DNA of 64,000 bases from Thalia democratica (Eukaryota): NCBI GenBank assembly GCA_965202585.1, contig OZ241832.1, positions 35,898,001 to 35,962,000 on the forward strand, read 5' to 3'. Within the stretch, counting starts at the first letter, position 1, and each line of letters begins with the position of its first letter. The position numbers were made by a program, and so were the translations under genes. The notes beneath the pieces are model-generated. The model was given only the letters and a program-made list of their open reading frames with translations, was not told where the DNA came from and made no database searches. Positions 25,217 through 36,934 of the stretch are shown here, in pieces.

Positions 25217-25518
25217 GTATAAATATATTAAACGCAAAAATATATTAAAACCAGTGTTTTAAGGAAAATAAAAACTTGTTGAAGAATTCATCAAAAGTAT
25301 AAGCAATTTAGATTTAACAGTGTTAAATGCAGTAATTATTACTATTAATCTATTTTAAAGCATTTTTTTTGTATTTTACAAAAATTATTTTTGTAAGTTA
25401 CTTAAAGAACTTAAAAAACACCTAAAACCAGAATAAAAAGAATAATCCAATAGACACACACTGAAAATTTCTGATATATTTTGTCATTTAAGAAGCAATC
25501 TACTTAGCTACACAAAAT

Positions 25519-26817
25519 TAGTGATGTACCGGACCCGGATCCGGACTTTTTTTTCAAATTAGAATCCGGCCGGAACCGGATCCGGACTATTTTTTCAAAT
25601 TAGAATCCGGCCGGATCCGGATATCAGACAAAAATGGCAATATCCGGCCGTACCCGGACCGGGATAGTGAGTCCGGTACATCACTAGTATAAACTAGCCT
25701 GAGTCAGAATGAGGTTTTTAAAAACTTTAAAAAAAACTTTAATCTAATAATAAGTAGAACAGCTAGTCACAGGTTGACAATTTGGTAGTAAAGTTGATGG
25801 TACACTTAACTTATTAGTACTACCCATCATTATTAAATCCTAACTTATTTAATTAATATCTAACAAATACTAAATTCTAACTGAGACTACTTTATATAAT
25901 CAGACACGACAGTTTTGAGTGATAAATCTTTTATATAAAACACAACAAGAAATACTAGCATAAACAAAGTAATTAATTACTTTGGTAACACTTTAAAAAC
26001 TGAAAGCTATTTAAATCGATATCAAAAGACTTAACACAATAAACTAAAAATTAAATAAAACTTTCAGTAGAAAAGAAACTGTAAATTTTTTAAAAACTAT
26101 TAATCTATAAACCTGGCTTAAATATTTAAACAACTAAACACCAGTTGAAATAATCACTTTTAAAACAAAACACTACTTACAATAAGCATTCACAAAAAAG
26201 TTCAAGATATTTTGTTGCTTCAAGCTGCACACCAAGCTAACTAACTGCTTACATATAAACTGCCTGTCATGTTCTGATGTTTTGTTGCTTCAGCATTTAG
26301 TTTGAACATTTCGTCATATGATTCTCATTGGCTCGTATATTCAACCATATTAACTCTAAATATTCTCTGAGCTCAACTTTAAACAATAAATAATGCAAGT
26401 AATCATTCAAAAGTTTTCAATTTTACAACATATGTAAAGAGTTGCATTTCTGAAATGTTTATTTCATAATTTAAATGTAAACAAATGTAAATTAGTCACG
26501 TGTACAAAATGAGCCAATCACGGTAGGTGTTTAATTTTAACTGACGAAAATGACTCTTATTAATTTACTCAGGGTTTGTTTTTGAAAAAATACTTTTCAG
26601 TATGCTCTTTTTTACTAACTAGATCCGGGTCCGGATTTTATTTCAAATTAGAATCCGGCCGGAACCGGATCCGGACTTTTTTTTCAAATTAGAATCCGGC
26701 CGGAACCGGATCCGGACTTTTTTTTTCAAATTAGAATCCGGCCGGATCCGGATATCAGACAAAAATGGCAATATCCGGCCGGACCCGGACCCGGATAGTG
26801 AGTCCGGTACATCACTA
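25519..26817. mobile_element. Young hAT-type non-autonomous element, 1299 bp, with an extra internal right end
   Basis: Perfect TIR TAGTGATGTACCGGA / TCCGGTACATCACTA; perfect 8 bp TSD cacaaaat (25511-25518, 26818-26825); empty site in unit 1 at ~16894; ~36 bp ccggatccggac..tttcaaattagaatccggccgg tandem units. Confidence 0.93.
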
Positions 26818-27954
26818 CACAAAATACTAAACCGAACGAACCACCTCAAACATTATGTCAGTTTTTAAACCCGAAGCAGACTGCCAGGGTCAAAGTTTAA
26901 ACCATTGTCCAAAAATCAAATAGTCGGGGTGGTAAAACACGATATTTTGATACCAGAAGGTTTTTATAAACAAAAATTTGCCTATTTTTATGCTTTTTAA
27001 ATGAGCGACGTACTAAACTTGCGTAATATAAAAGAAAACCTTTTAATTACAATATTTAATTTCTGTTTTAAGTTTCGTACTTAAAGATCATTTTTTTTAG
27101 ATAAAATAACTTCCGCGCGAAACAAATAACGAATATTTTTATTATTTTCAATTTTTTTTTTTCCGTTCAACTACTTCATTTTTTTTTTAAAGTTTAACTC
27201 AGTGATTTTAAAACATTAATTCTAATAGTTAATTTTATGTGCTTGAAATAAGATAAGTACTTTTTATGCAAATATTTGAAGTACAAACTAGTAAAATTGA
27301 TTAAAACAATAAAATAATCATTGCTTGTACACATAAAATACTGAAAACATAAAGTGATTTATGGGAAACAATGAAAACAACGTTTGATTTTAAAACTTTA
27401 CTGTACCTAAAATAAACAAAAACAAAAAACATAACAAAAAGCTAATGTGTTTTTTTTTTACATTGAGAAACCAGTTGAAGTGTCTAAATACGGTTTCAAT
27501 TAAAGTTTGAAGTTGCTTTCTATCTTAATGATTAAAAAAAAAATTTCCCTTTTAATTTTTATACTTTAAAGAACTTCTTAGATAACTATAAAACTTTAAA
27601 CTTAAATTGAGTGACTAATAACTCTCGATTAGATTTTTTTAATTGCATTATTTTTTAAAATTAAAACTTTTTTTCGAACAAATTAGATGATTATTCTTTT
27701 TAAAATAATTAGTTATGTACAAAATAGAGTACTGATATTTTTTTACTAAGTCTTTTAAAACTTTAAATTATATCTTGGGTGTAAAGGCACAGTGCAAATT
27801 ACATTCTTTCATAGTAAAAACGAAGAGTTTTCAAAAGCTATACAAAAATTGTTTTAGTTGATTTTCTAAAAAACTAAATTTATCTTTTTTTTTTTAATCG
27901 TTTCTTACCTGAAAGATCAATAAATGTAATTTTTATTTTACAACTTCAGAAAAA

Positions 27955-28110
27955 TCGGTGCACGACTGTTCAAATTCGGACAATTCAAATTCCGACAGTT
28001 TAAATTGAATAATATATAATAATTTTATAGTTGTGGGCCTTGAATTATATATTTTTTTAATTTCAATTGTCTGAATTTTAATCGTCCAAGTTTGAATTGC
28101 ATTGTAACCC
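27955..28110. repeat. Small palindromic MITE-like relic with ttcaaatt(c/t)ggac units
   Basis: ttcaaattcggacaattcaaattccgacag on the left; inverse aattgtctgaatttt..gtccaagtttgaa on the right. Confidence 0.45.
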
Positions 28111-28659
28111 TGAAAAATGGGTTTTTCTCTACTTAAAAATAAAATCAAAGCTTTAACAAATAACAAATGCAAAGTTTGGATTAACTTTTTTTATTAGTTA
28201 ATCTTAGTAACTTATGATAAACTATTTTAAATACATCTTGTAACATTTAGCAGTAAGTAATTTATTTTAGTAAATTGTTTCACTATTTAAATATTTAAGT
28301 TTATTTTCGTTTGTTTAATGTTTTAGCATCTTTTACTTATTCATAGTTTAATATTAAATATCCTTAAACTTTTAAGCATCTTAAAAGTAAAATTCATTCT
28401 CATAATGCTAACTTAGAACTATTCATAATAAAAAGTGAGAAATTTTTTGTAAGTACTTAGATAGTGTTACGTTACAAACCACTTACTAAACATACTTATG
28501 TTGTTTGTTTGTTCAAAATACGTACAATGATTAAATTGTTGTTGTACAAGTATAAATGTTTATAACAAAATATGTTTAAGTTTATTACGTTAAAAAATGA
28601 TGTGCTAAAAATGTGAACACTAAGATTTTTTTAGTGTTAAACTATAGCTTATAGAGGAA

Positions 28660-31600
28660 TCATATACCAAGTGCGTTTAATATATCCATATCTACTGCTA
28701 ACTTGCTTAACGAATCTCCAATAGCAGAACATATCTGTGAATAATTAGTAAGTTATAAGAGTTTCTAAGGTGGTAAAAAAGTTTTAGTTTAATTAAGTTG
28801 TAAATATAAACTTAACCCAAAGCTACTAATTTCTAATAAAAATAGCACTATAATTATACGCTAACTTAAACTACAAAAAAAAATCTTTTTTAGAAATTTA
28901 TGGATAAGTGGCGCTGTTACTAGAAATTGTACATAGTATGTTCGTCAAATTACACTTTTTATAGTTATAATCAGTTTAACTAACAATATTTGTAAATAAT
29001 TAATTTTATTGGTTTACTTAGAGTCATTAAAAGTGCAAAGGTTTTGTTTTGTCATTCAAATAAAAAAATAAGATTTTTAACACCTATTTAAAAAAAGCTA
29101 AATATATTTTTGGTTGAGTATTAACTAACTTTGCTTTTCTTATATTAAAAATATCTACTTTCCTTATATTAAAAAACTAACTTCGCCTTGCATGTAATCC
29201 CGTATTCTTTTACTAAACAACTTTGAAGCAATGTTGGAAATACCAGCGATAATCTTAGAAAACAAGCCTGATGCTTTGAAATTTACTTTATGGTAATTTA
29301 TGTTAGTTGAACAGGTTCCCGGTAGAGTCTGAATTTTCTTTAGTTTAGTTACAGCTAAAGTACTATGTATTTTCTTTTTAATATTACTTTATCTACCATT
29401 TGAAAAATGTTTAGCAGTCTTATGAAAGTATTCTAAAACTTTTATTTAAAAGCTCGGTGAACTATATTTTTAGTCATTATTTGCATTAGTTTTTACTGTT
29501 AAAGAAAAATTTTGGTTTTTCTTAAATAATTCTTAATTAACTTTTTTTTCAAACAAATCACGTGTTTATTAATACACAATAAAGTTATTAAAACGATAAT
29601 TTTTTTATTAAGGTTTAGAATAATTTAAATTAAGTTAGTTATAATACTGGTTAAGGTTAAAAAGCTGTTGGACTTATGTTTTAAAAGATATTTAATATTT
29701 TGTTAATAGCGTAATTATTTTTTTCTAAATTGAGTTTTTTATGTAAAATTAAATACTAAGATATATAATTAAAAATGTTTCAAAAAGAAACGATTACAAA
29801 AATATTATGTAAAACCTGATAAAAGAAAACTTGTTTATACCTTTATTTTATTACCAATAAATTGAAGTTTGAGATTTTGAGACACATAAACTTGCTTGAG
29901 ATACATATTAGCAGTTGCTGACGCCGATATAGTTCTGGATATAGTCCTTTTCCATTTCCAAAATCTAATATTTTAAACCAAATTCATTGTATGCATTACA
30001 TGCACCTATAAGTAAAACTAACTTTTAATGGTAGAAGTTGTAAAAGTATTTTTGTTTCACTTTTTTTTCAGAACTATATATATAGACTTACAATTCTTTG
30101 TTTACACTAACAATAGATAAAAAACAAAAGTAAAGTGTAACTAAAAAGATTATGTTGTAAATCAAAATAATTCTACTTATCGAAATTTTTAAAAGCTTGG
30201 CTTTTTAATCTTTTTTCAATGATAAACTAACGAAAAACTTAACGAGCTTGTTTTTTATCCTAAATAAGTTTTTATCTATTCTAAAATTAAAAAACCTGAA
30301 AATAAATTACCAAACTTTATACTTAACATATCAAATAAAACAGCATTGTATTTGATAGGTTTATTGTATAAAAAAAAGGTATTGATCAATAAAAAAGTTA
30401 AAACATTTAGGCTAAACAAACTTTAAGTAAAAAACCTAACAAGTCTAAAATTTATATAAGTTTAAAATAAATGTAAAGATTTACCAAAAAACCGATACCA
30501 AAGTTTTTTACAATTCATTTAATTAAACTTAGTTTTTTTCAAAATGTTTATACTCAAAAATAATAGAACATAAAAGTTACCAAAAATCATTGTGGATATA
30601 CTTTAAGGTTTAACTTCTAATGTCTTTCTAAGTAAAATTTACAGAAATATGAGAAAATTTAGATTTGAATAAATGCTACACAAAAATATATTGCAATGCT
30701 TTTTGAAACATTTTTAGAAAATTTTTTTTTTTTGAAATATACCTTAGTTTTATCTCCTAAATACAACTTTTATGATTAGGTTTTACACTATATCGTTCAA
30801 GTATTTTAAGTACTAATTTCATTTAAATTTAAATTGTATTACCCGACTGTAACTGAAATTTTCTTTGACACTCTAACACTTCCAGAAAGGTAAACCTCAC
30901 CGTTTTGTAACTGAGCGAGATAATCAATTGCTGAATTCTGTTTAACTTTTATTTTGTCTGCATCAAATGAATTCACTTTTATACTGTAAAATTAAAGTTC
31001 TTTAGAAATATTTCTAAATTTTAGATAGAGCAATTCTGTTTATTTTATAGTATACTGAAGATAGCCGTTTATATTTTGATATGTATACGTTTTTTTCGCA
31101 TTTATTTTAATTAGTTTATTTTACGCACAAACCATTTAAGTTATTAGATTTGTAATTTACTCCATTGTTAGAAAGTTTAGTTCATAAAAATTAAACTTAA
31201 TAAAGCAAGAAAACATCAACAAAAGTGATCAGTGTCGAAATTAAACGTTCATGCGCCGTTGTACAAGCTCAAAATGTTAATAGCAATTTTTTTTCATACT
31301 ACTTAAAACGTTGCGCAGCAGTTAAACAAGGCTGAAGTTACTGATCATAACGCCATACCAGCAAATTGTCTGATGATTTAAGTTTTATGATCCAAACTTT
31401 TTGTTACAAGATTTTAATATATACTTATAATAGATACAAATAAATAATTTACTTGGTCAAGGAAAAGCTTATTCCATTTTTACTATCAGAAATAGGGCTA
31501 ATTTTTAAGGCTTTTACTTCTTTGATTATTTCATTTGCTGTGTCTGGATGCTCTTCTACAAAAACAAAAAAATATTATAGTTTAAATAATTTAAAGAACA

Positions 31601-31864
31601 AGTTATATAAGTAGAGTCTAATAACAATTTAAGTTTAGTAAACAACTAACTTAAATTATTTTAAAACACCAAAGTTTTTGTATAACAACAAAAGTTAGCC
31701 AGTTACTTATGATAGTTGTTATAACCTTTTAGGTTTACTTGATAGTATTATCATTTAATCAAAACTTATTTACTAAAATCGACGTAAACTTCATCACCCT
31801 TCACTTCAAGTCCATAAGAAAGACCAATGAAACAAGTTGCAAGCAAAAGTATTTTAGTTACCAT
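28660..31864 (-). CDS. Secreted single-domain BPI/LBP-like protein A3, 226 aa
   Basis: Minus-strand exons 31864-31774, 31555-31453, 30983-30843, 29964-29841, 29328-29182, 28734-28660; GT-AG, open. MVTKILLLATCFIGLSYGLEVKGDEVYVDFKEHPDTANEIIKEVKALKISPISDSKNGISFSLTNIKVNSFDADKIKVKQNSAIDYLAQLQNGEVYLSGSVRVSKKISVTVGFWKWKRTISRTISASATANMYLKQVYVSQNLKLQFIGNKIKTLPGTCSTNINYHKVNFKASGLFSKIIAGISNIASKLFSKRIRDYMQGEICSAIGDSLSKLAVDMDILNALGI. Confidence 0.88.
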
Positions 31865-34699
31865 ACTTCTAGACGTAGAAATACTTGTAATTCAAATAAG
31901 AAAAATATTTTCTTATATACTAAAGGCTGAAAAAAAAGAATTTGTAATTAACTATAACTGTTTGGTTTACCTAAGGAATTTAGCTGCCGAAACTAAAAAA
32001 CTACATAGTTTTACTTGCTCAAAAAGACTTAAGGGCATGAAGTTATAGACCATAATAAGTATTTAAGTACTTAAAGTCGAATTAAAAACCTTAGTAACAT
32101 GTTTTTTAATATTTTTGTGTCGTGAATACCTCTTATTCAGCAAAAAAGGTTGCGTTTGTAAACAATGTGGTATTTTAGTTTCGGAAACCACATTCTTTAC
32201 ATTAAATTGTTTAACATAATTGTTTGAGACAAGCGTGATTGAAATATACTATACTGTTTTATTAATGTATTATCTAAGAATAAATTTTTTTAAAATCATA
32301 TCAATGTTTTTGTTAGTAAATTGCATAACAATAAAGTATATGTTGCTAGTTGATTTAAACTAAAGATCCTTAAATAATTTTTTAAACATTTTTTTACAAT
32401 ACAAAGTTTTTCTTTAGCTTTTTCAAGCTTTTGATAATTTTAGACAATTTTGATTTACTGAGTTTCATGAAGAAGAATGTACACTAGTGGTTTATCGGAT
32501 CTAGTAGATCACTGGTATAGATATAACAAACGCAAAAATTTATTAAACCCTGTATTTTAAAGAGAACAAAAAGTTGTTGGAGAAGTCATCAAGTATATTA
32601 GCAGAAAAATTAAGTTTTTAGCTATATTAAGTGTGTTAGTTATTGTTTCAATCTACCTTAAAGCATTTTTTGTATTCTAAAAAAAATTTCGTAAGTATAT
32701 AGTTACTTAAAGTACTTAAATAATACATAAACCTGTAAAAATACCTTTTAATCTACATTTTTTGATAAATAAGCTTAACATTTTAAGCAAAAAAAATTTA
32801 AAAAATTTATCAAGTTCTACTTAAAAGCAAACAAACTTGTTCATTTGAGCAATATTTTAAACTTAATTCAAATTCCAAAATAAATTTCATACGAACTTGA
32901 TAGTAATTATTATAACCGAAGAAAGTATTTAAAACTGGCAACATTTTCTGTAACAGTAAAGAACAACATAATGTTAACAAATCTCAAATAACTTGAATAC
33001 TTGTTGATTTATTAAAATTAACATATTGAAAATAATTTCATATCTTCAAATTAAGATTATATAGAATTTCTCTTCAGTAAGAAAATAAGCAAGTAACTTT
33101 TAAAAATATTAAGTAATAAATTTGTAACCTAAGCTCTATTTTATTAATACTTTTACTTTAACTTGTAGTATAAACTAGAGCTTTTTGATTAAATCTAGTA
33201 CCAAGATATATTTAAATTTTACACCCCTATTTAGGTTATTTTTGTAATTAAAATAATTAAGATGTTATTAATTACCTAATGTTTTTACTTTACAAATTCT
33301 CAATTCGGTTAAAAGAACATATAAAGCTAAATGTTTGCTTTTCCAAAATTAGTTTTAAGAATGTTATATAAATTTATCTGCAAAAAATGTCCACCTTGAT
33401 TAGTAAGTTTTTTGCAAAAGTTGTCCTTTTAAATCATTATATTTTCAATTGTGTTTAAAGTTGATGTTTGAAGCCTTTTTGGACATAAATTATCATACTT
33501 CATAATTTTTTAAGCAATGTATAAGTTTTAAAGTTTTTTTCAAATTTGTTTAATAATATATAATGTTCGAAACAAAACTATTTTCACAAGTAAATTTTTG
33601 AGAAATACTTTTTTTTTGTTATAACGACACAACTTACTTTATTTATTGTACTATATATTACTTATGTTTTTTTTATTTTAAAGAAAGTAGTTGAGTTGAT
33701 ACTTCGTTTTAAGCAAACTAATTATGACATGTTATAATTAAATCGGTGTATTTCAAGAGCTTCTAAAGTACTTTAAAAACTTTTGGTTTTTATATTTAGT
33801 AATCGAAAAAGTGTTTTTATTGTATATTGTAAATACTTAACTAATAAGAATAATTATACATAATCAATATAAAATAATTATACATAATCAATATAAAATA
33901 ATTGTTTTTCTACTAAATACTAACTTTTTATTCTGCATAGAATAATTTCCAATATACAAAAAAAAAACACCTAAATTAGTGATAATCACGCCTCCAACGC
34001 TAACAATAAAATATCGGATATCAAAACTCAACCTGAGTTATGGATCACTTACTCCAGCTAGATACTTTTTAGTAATCGGTTTAAGCATACATCTATTTTG
34101 ATAAAATTTAGTAAACCAAAATTTTTTTTAATAAAAAAAGCTAATAAAGATAAAGAAAAACTTTGTATTGTTAAAAATTGTTTGAAAAAATAATTCAAGG
34201 ATCTTTATTATAAATAAACTAGTAACATATATTTTATTGGTATGCCGTTTACTAACAAAACATTGATATGATTTTAAAAAGTTTTATTCTTAGAAAATAC
34301 ATTAATAAAACAGTATGGTGTATTTCAATCACGCTTGTCTCACACAATTATTTTAAAAATAAAATGTAAAGAATTTGGTTGCCGAAACTAAAGTACCACA
34401 TGTTTTACAAACACAACCTTTTTTGCTGAATAAGAGGCATTCACGACACGAATGTATTAAAAAACATGTTACTAAGGTTTTTAATTCGACTTTAAGCACT
34501 AAAATACTTATTATGGTATATAATTTCATTTGCCCTAAAGTCTTTTGGAGCAAGTAAAACTGTGTGGTTTTTTAGTTTCGGCAGCTAAGTTCCTTAGGTA
34601 AACTAAACAGCTATAATTAATCACACTTTTTTTTCCAGCTTATAGTATATTATAAAATACTTTTTAATTTGTATTACAAGTATTTCTAAGTCTAGAAGT

Positions 34700-35729
34700 A
34701 TGTTAACTAAAATATTTTTGCTTGTTTCTTGTTTAATCGGTTTTACTTGTGGACTTGAAGTAAAGGGTGATGTAGTTTACGTCGGTTTTAGTAAATAAGT
34801 TTTAAAAAAGTTATTATATTTTTAAGTAAATATAAAAAGTTATAACAACTATCAAAAGTGTTTGGCAAATTTTTGTAGTTAAACTAAAACATTGATATTT
34901 AAAATAATAGAAGTTATCTGTTCGCTAAACTTAAATTGTTACTAGATTCTACAATTCAACGAACAACTTTAACTAATCAAAAAAAATAATTAACTTTTTG
35001 TTTTTGTAGAAGAACATCCAGACACAGCAAATGAAATAATCAAAGAAGTAAAAGGTTTAAAGATCATCAACGATTCTTTTTATAAACATCATAAAGGAAT
35101 GAGCTTTTCATTGACCAAGTAAATAATTTTTTTGTATCTATTGTAAGTACTTACTTAAATAACAGAAAGTTTTGATCATAACACTTAAATCATCAGACAA
35201 TTTGCTGGTATGGTGGTATGATCAGTAACTTCAGCCTTGTTTAACTGCTGCGCAACGTTTTAAGTAGTATGAAAAAAACTTGCCATTAACATTTTGAGCT
35301 TGTATCACGGCACATGAAAGTTTAATTTCGACTCTGATATTTTTCGCTGATGTTTTATTTTTTAAACAAAATTAATAAAAACTAAACTTAATAAAGAAAG
35401 AAAAAAATTCTAACAATGGAGTAAATAATAAAACTAATAGCTTAAATAATTTGTACGTCAAAAACTAATAAAAATAAGTGCAAAAAAAAAAGTATACATA
35501 TCAAAATATAAATGGTCATCTTTAGTATACAATAAAATAAACAGAATATATTAAAAGTTTAGATTTTTTTTTAAATCAATTTTTACAGTGTGAAGGTGAA
35601 TTCATTTAATGCGGACAAAATAAAAGTTAAACAGAATTCAGCAGCTGATTATCTCGCTCAGTTACAAAACGGTGAGGTTCATCTTTCTGGAAGTGTTAGA
35701 TTGTCAAAGAAAATTTCACTTACAGTCGG
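34700..35729 (+). pseudogene. 3'-truncated BPI-like copy A4 (exons 1-3 only, frames intact)
   Basis: Exons 34700-34790, 35010-35118 (+6 nt, IINDSFYKHHKGMSFS) and 35589-35729. Homology to A3 intron 3 stops near 35830; no exon 4-6 homologue found before gene B. Confidence 0.8.
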
Positions 35730-36934
35730 GTAAAACAGTTTAAATTCAAATAAAATTAGTAATTAAAATACTTAAATAATATAGTGTAAAACCTAAGCCA
35801 TAAAAGTTGTATTTAGGAGATGAAAGCGTGGAAATTCTTATAAAATTGTTACATAAAAAATGAACTGTCTTATTAAATTAACTTTTCAACCTAATTAAAT
35901 TTTTAATTATTAATTCGATTTTACATTTACATTTAATTTATTTTAATATATTTAAATAGAAATATGGTAAATGAAAATTTTCATAATAAACAATATTTCA
36001 AAGACAATTAAAAACAGTTGGATATGTCTAAAAATTTAACAATAAATTTTACAATTTAGCTACATTTAGTACAGTAAATATTATCTTGTATCTATTTTAA
36101 ATCATATTTTTGTTTGTTAAAGAAGCTTAGCTTAAAATCTTAAAGTACTGATAGTTTCCGAAATAAACCTAGAAATAACAGAATCTGGTTATTAGAGTAT
36201 GTTTTATCCATAACTTTCAATAATAGTATAAAACTCAAAATCATTATTCAAATACTAATTCCGCATATAACAAACATTAGCGCCAAGTTAGCCGTAGAAC
36301 TAAGACAACTGTAATTTTAAGTTATTAATCTTGTTGTGTAAAATAAATCGTTATATGACAGAATTTTATCTAGAAAGTAGTTAGCTAAAAGTACTCGTTA
36401 ATAATTTTACGTCATAAAATTAAATGAGAAAAGTAAAATAACTCATTTTTAAAGTACGTTAAAGATTAATTTCAATTAGTCGAGTTGTATGTCCGAACAG
36501 AAGTAATAAAAGTTTTGCAAGTTACAAAATTAAATATTTTTTGGTAATTTAACAATACTTTTAATTTCTTTTTTAATTAAAAATTCCATAACGTTTTATA
36601 TTTAACAAATATATGTTTTTATATTTAGGTAGACGTACTATTTATTATTTGTCTAAAACTTCTACTAACGATGAAAACATTCTGTGTTTTTTAAATTATT
36701 AATAAATATTGAGTTAAACATGTTTATTATAAAAAAAATCGAATAAAAAGCCATACAATAAGAATTCATACATTATAAATGCTTTGAAATAATATTGTTT
36801 TAGTTTTACACTATACTAAGCTTTTAAAATGAAAATACAAAAAAAAAACGATACGATAGATATGAGTATGAGTTACTATAAAATAAAAACAACACAACAA
36901 AGTTTCATTATATAAACTCAATTTGTTTTATTCT

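Larger units (their letters stand above)
17011..26931 (+). repeat. Tandem segmental duplication unit 2 (contains gene A2 and two unit-specific insertions)
   Basis: 9921 bp minus the ~1.72 kb (22169-23884) and ~1.31 kb (25519-26825) insertions gives ~6.9 kb, matching unit 1. Confidence 0.9.

Noticed and set aside
25519-26817. ~36 bp GC-rich repeats that superficially resemble a CRISPR array, and the 68 aa ORF at 26643-26849
   Set aside because: Units are tandem with no unique spacers, lie within TIRs and an 8 bp TSD, and there are no cas genes. They are hAT subterminal repeats; the ORF is a translation of the repeat.
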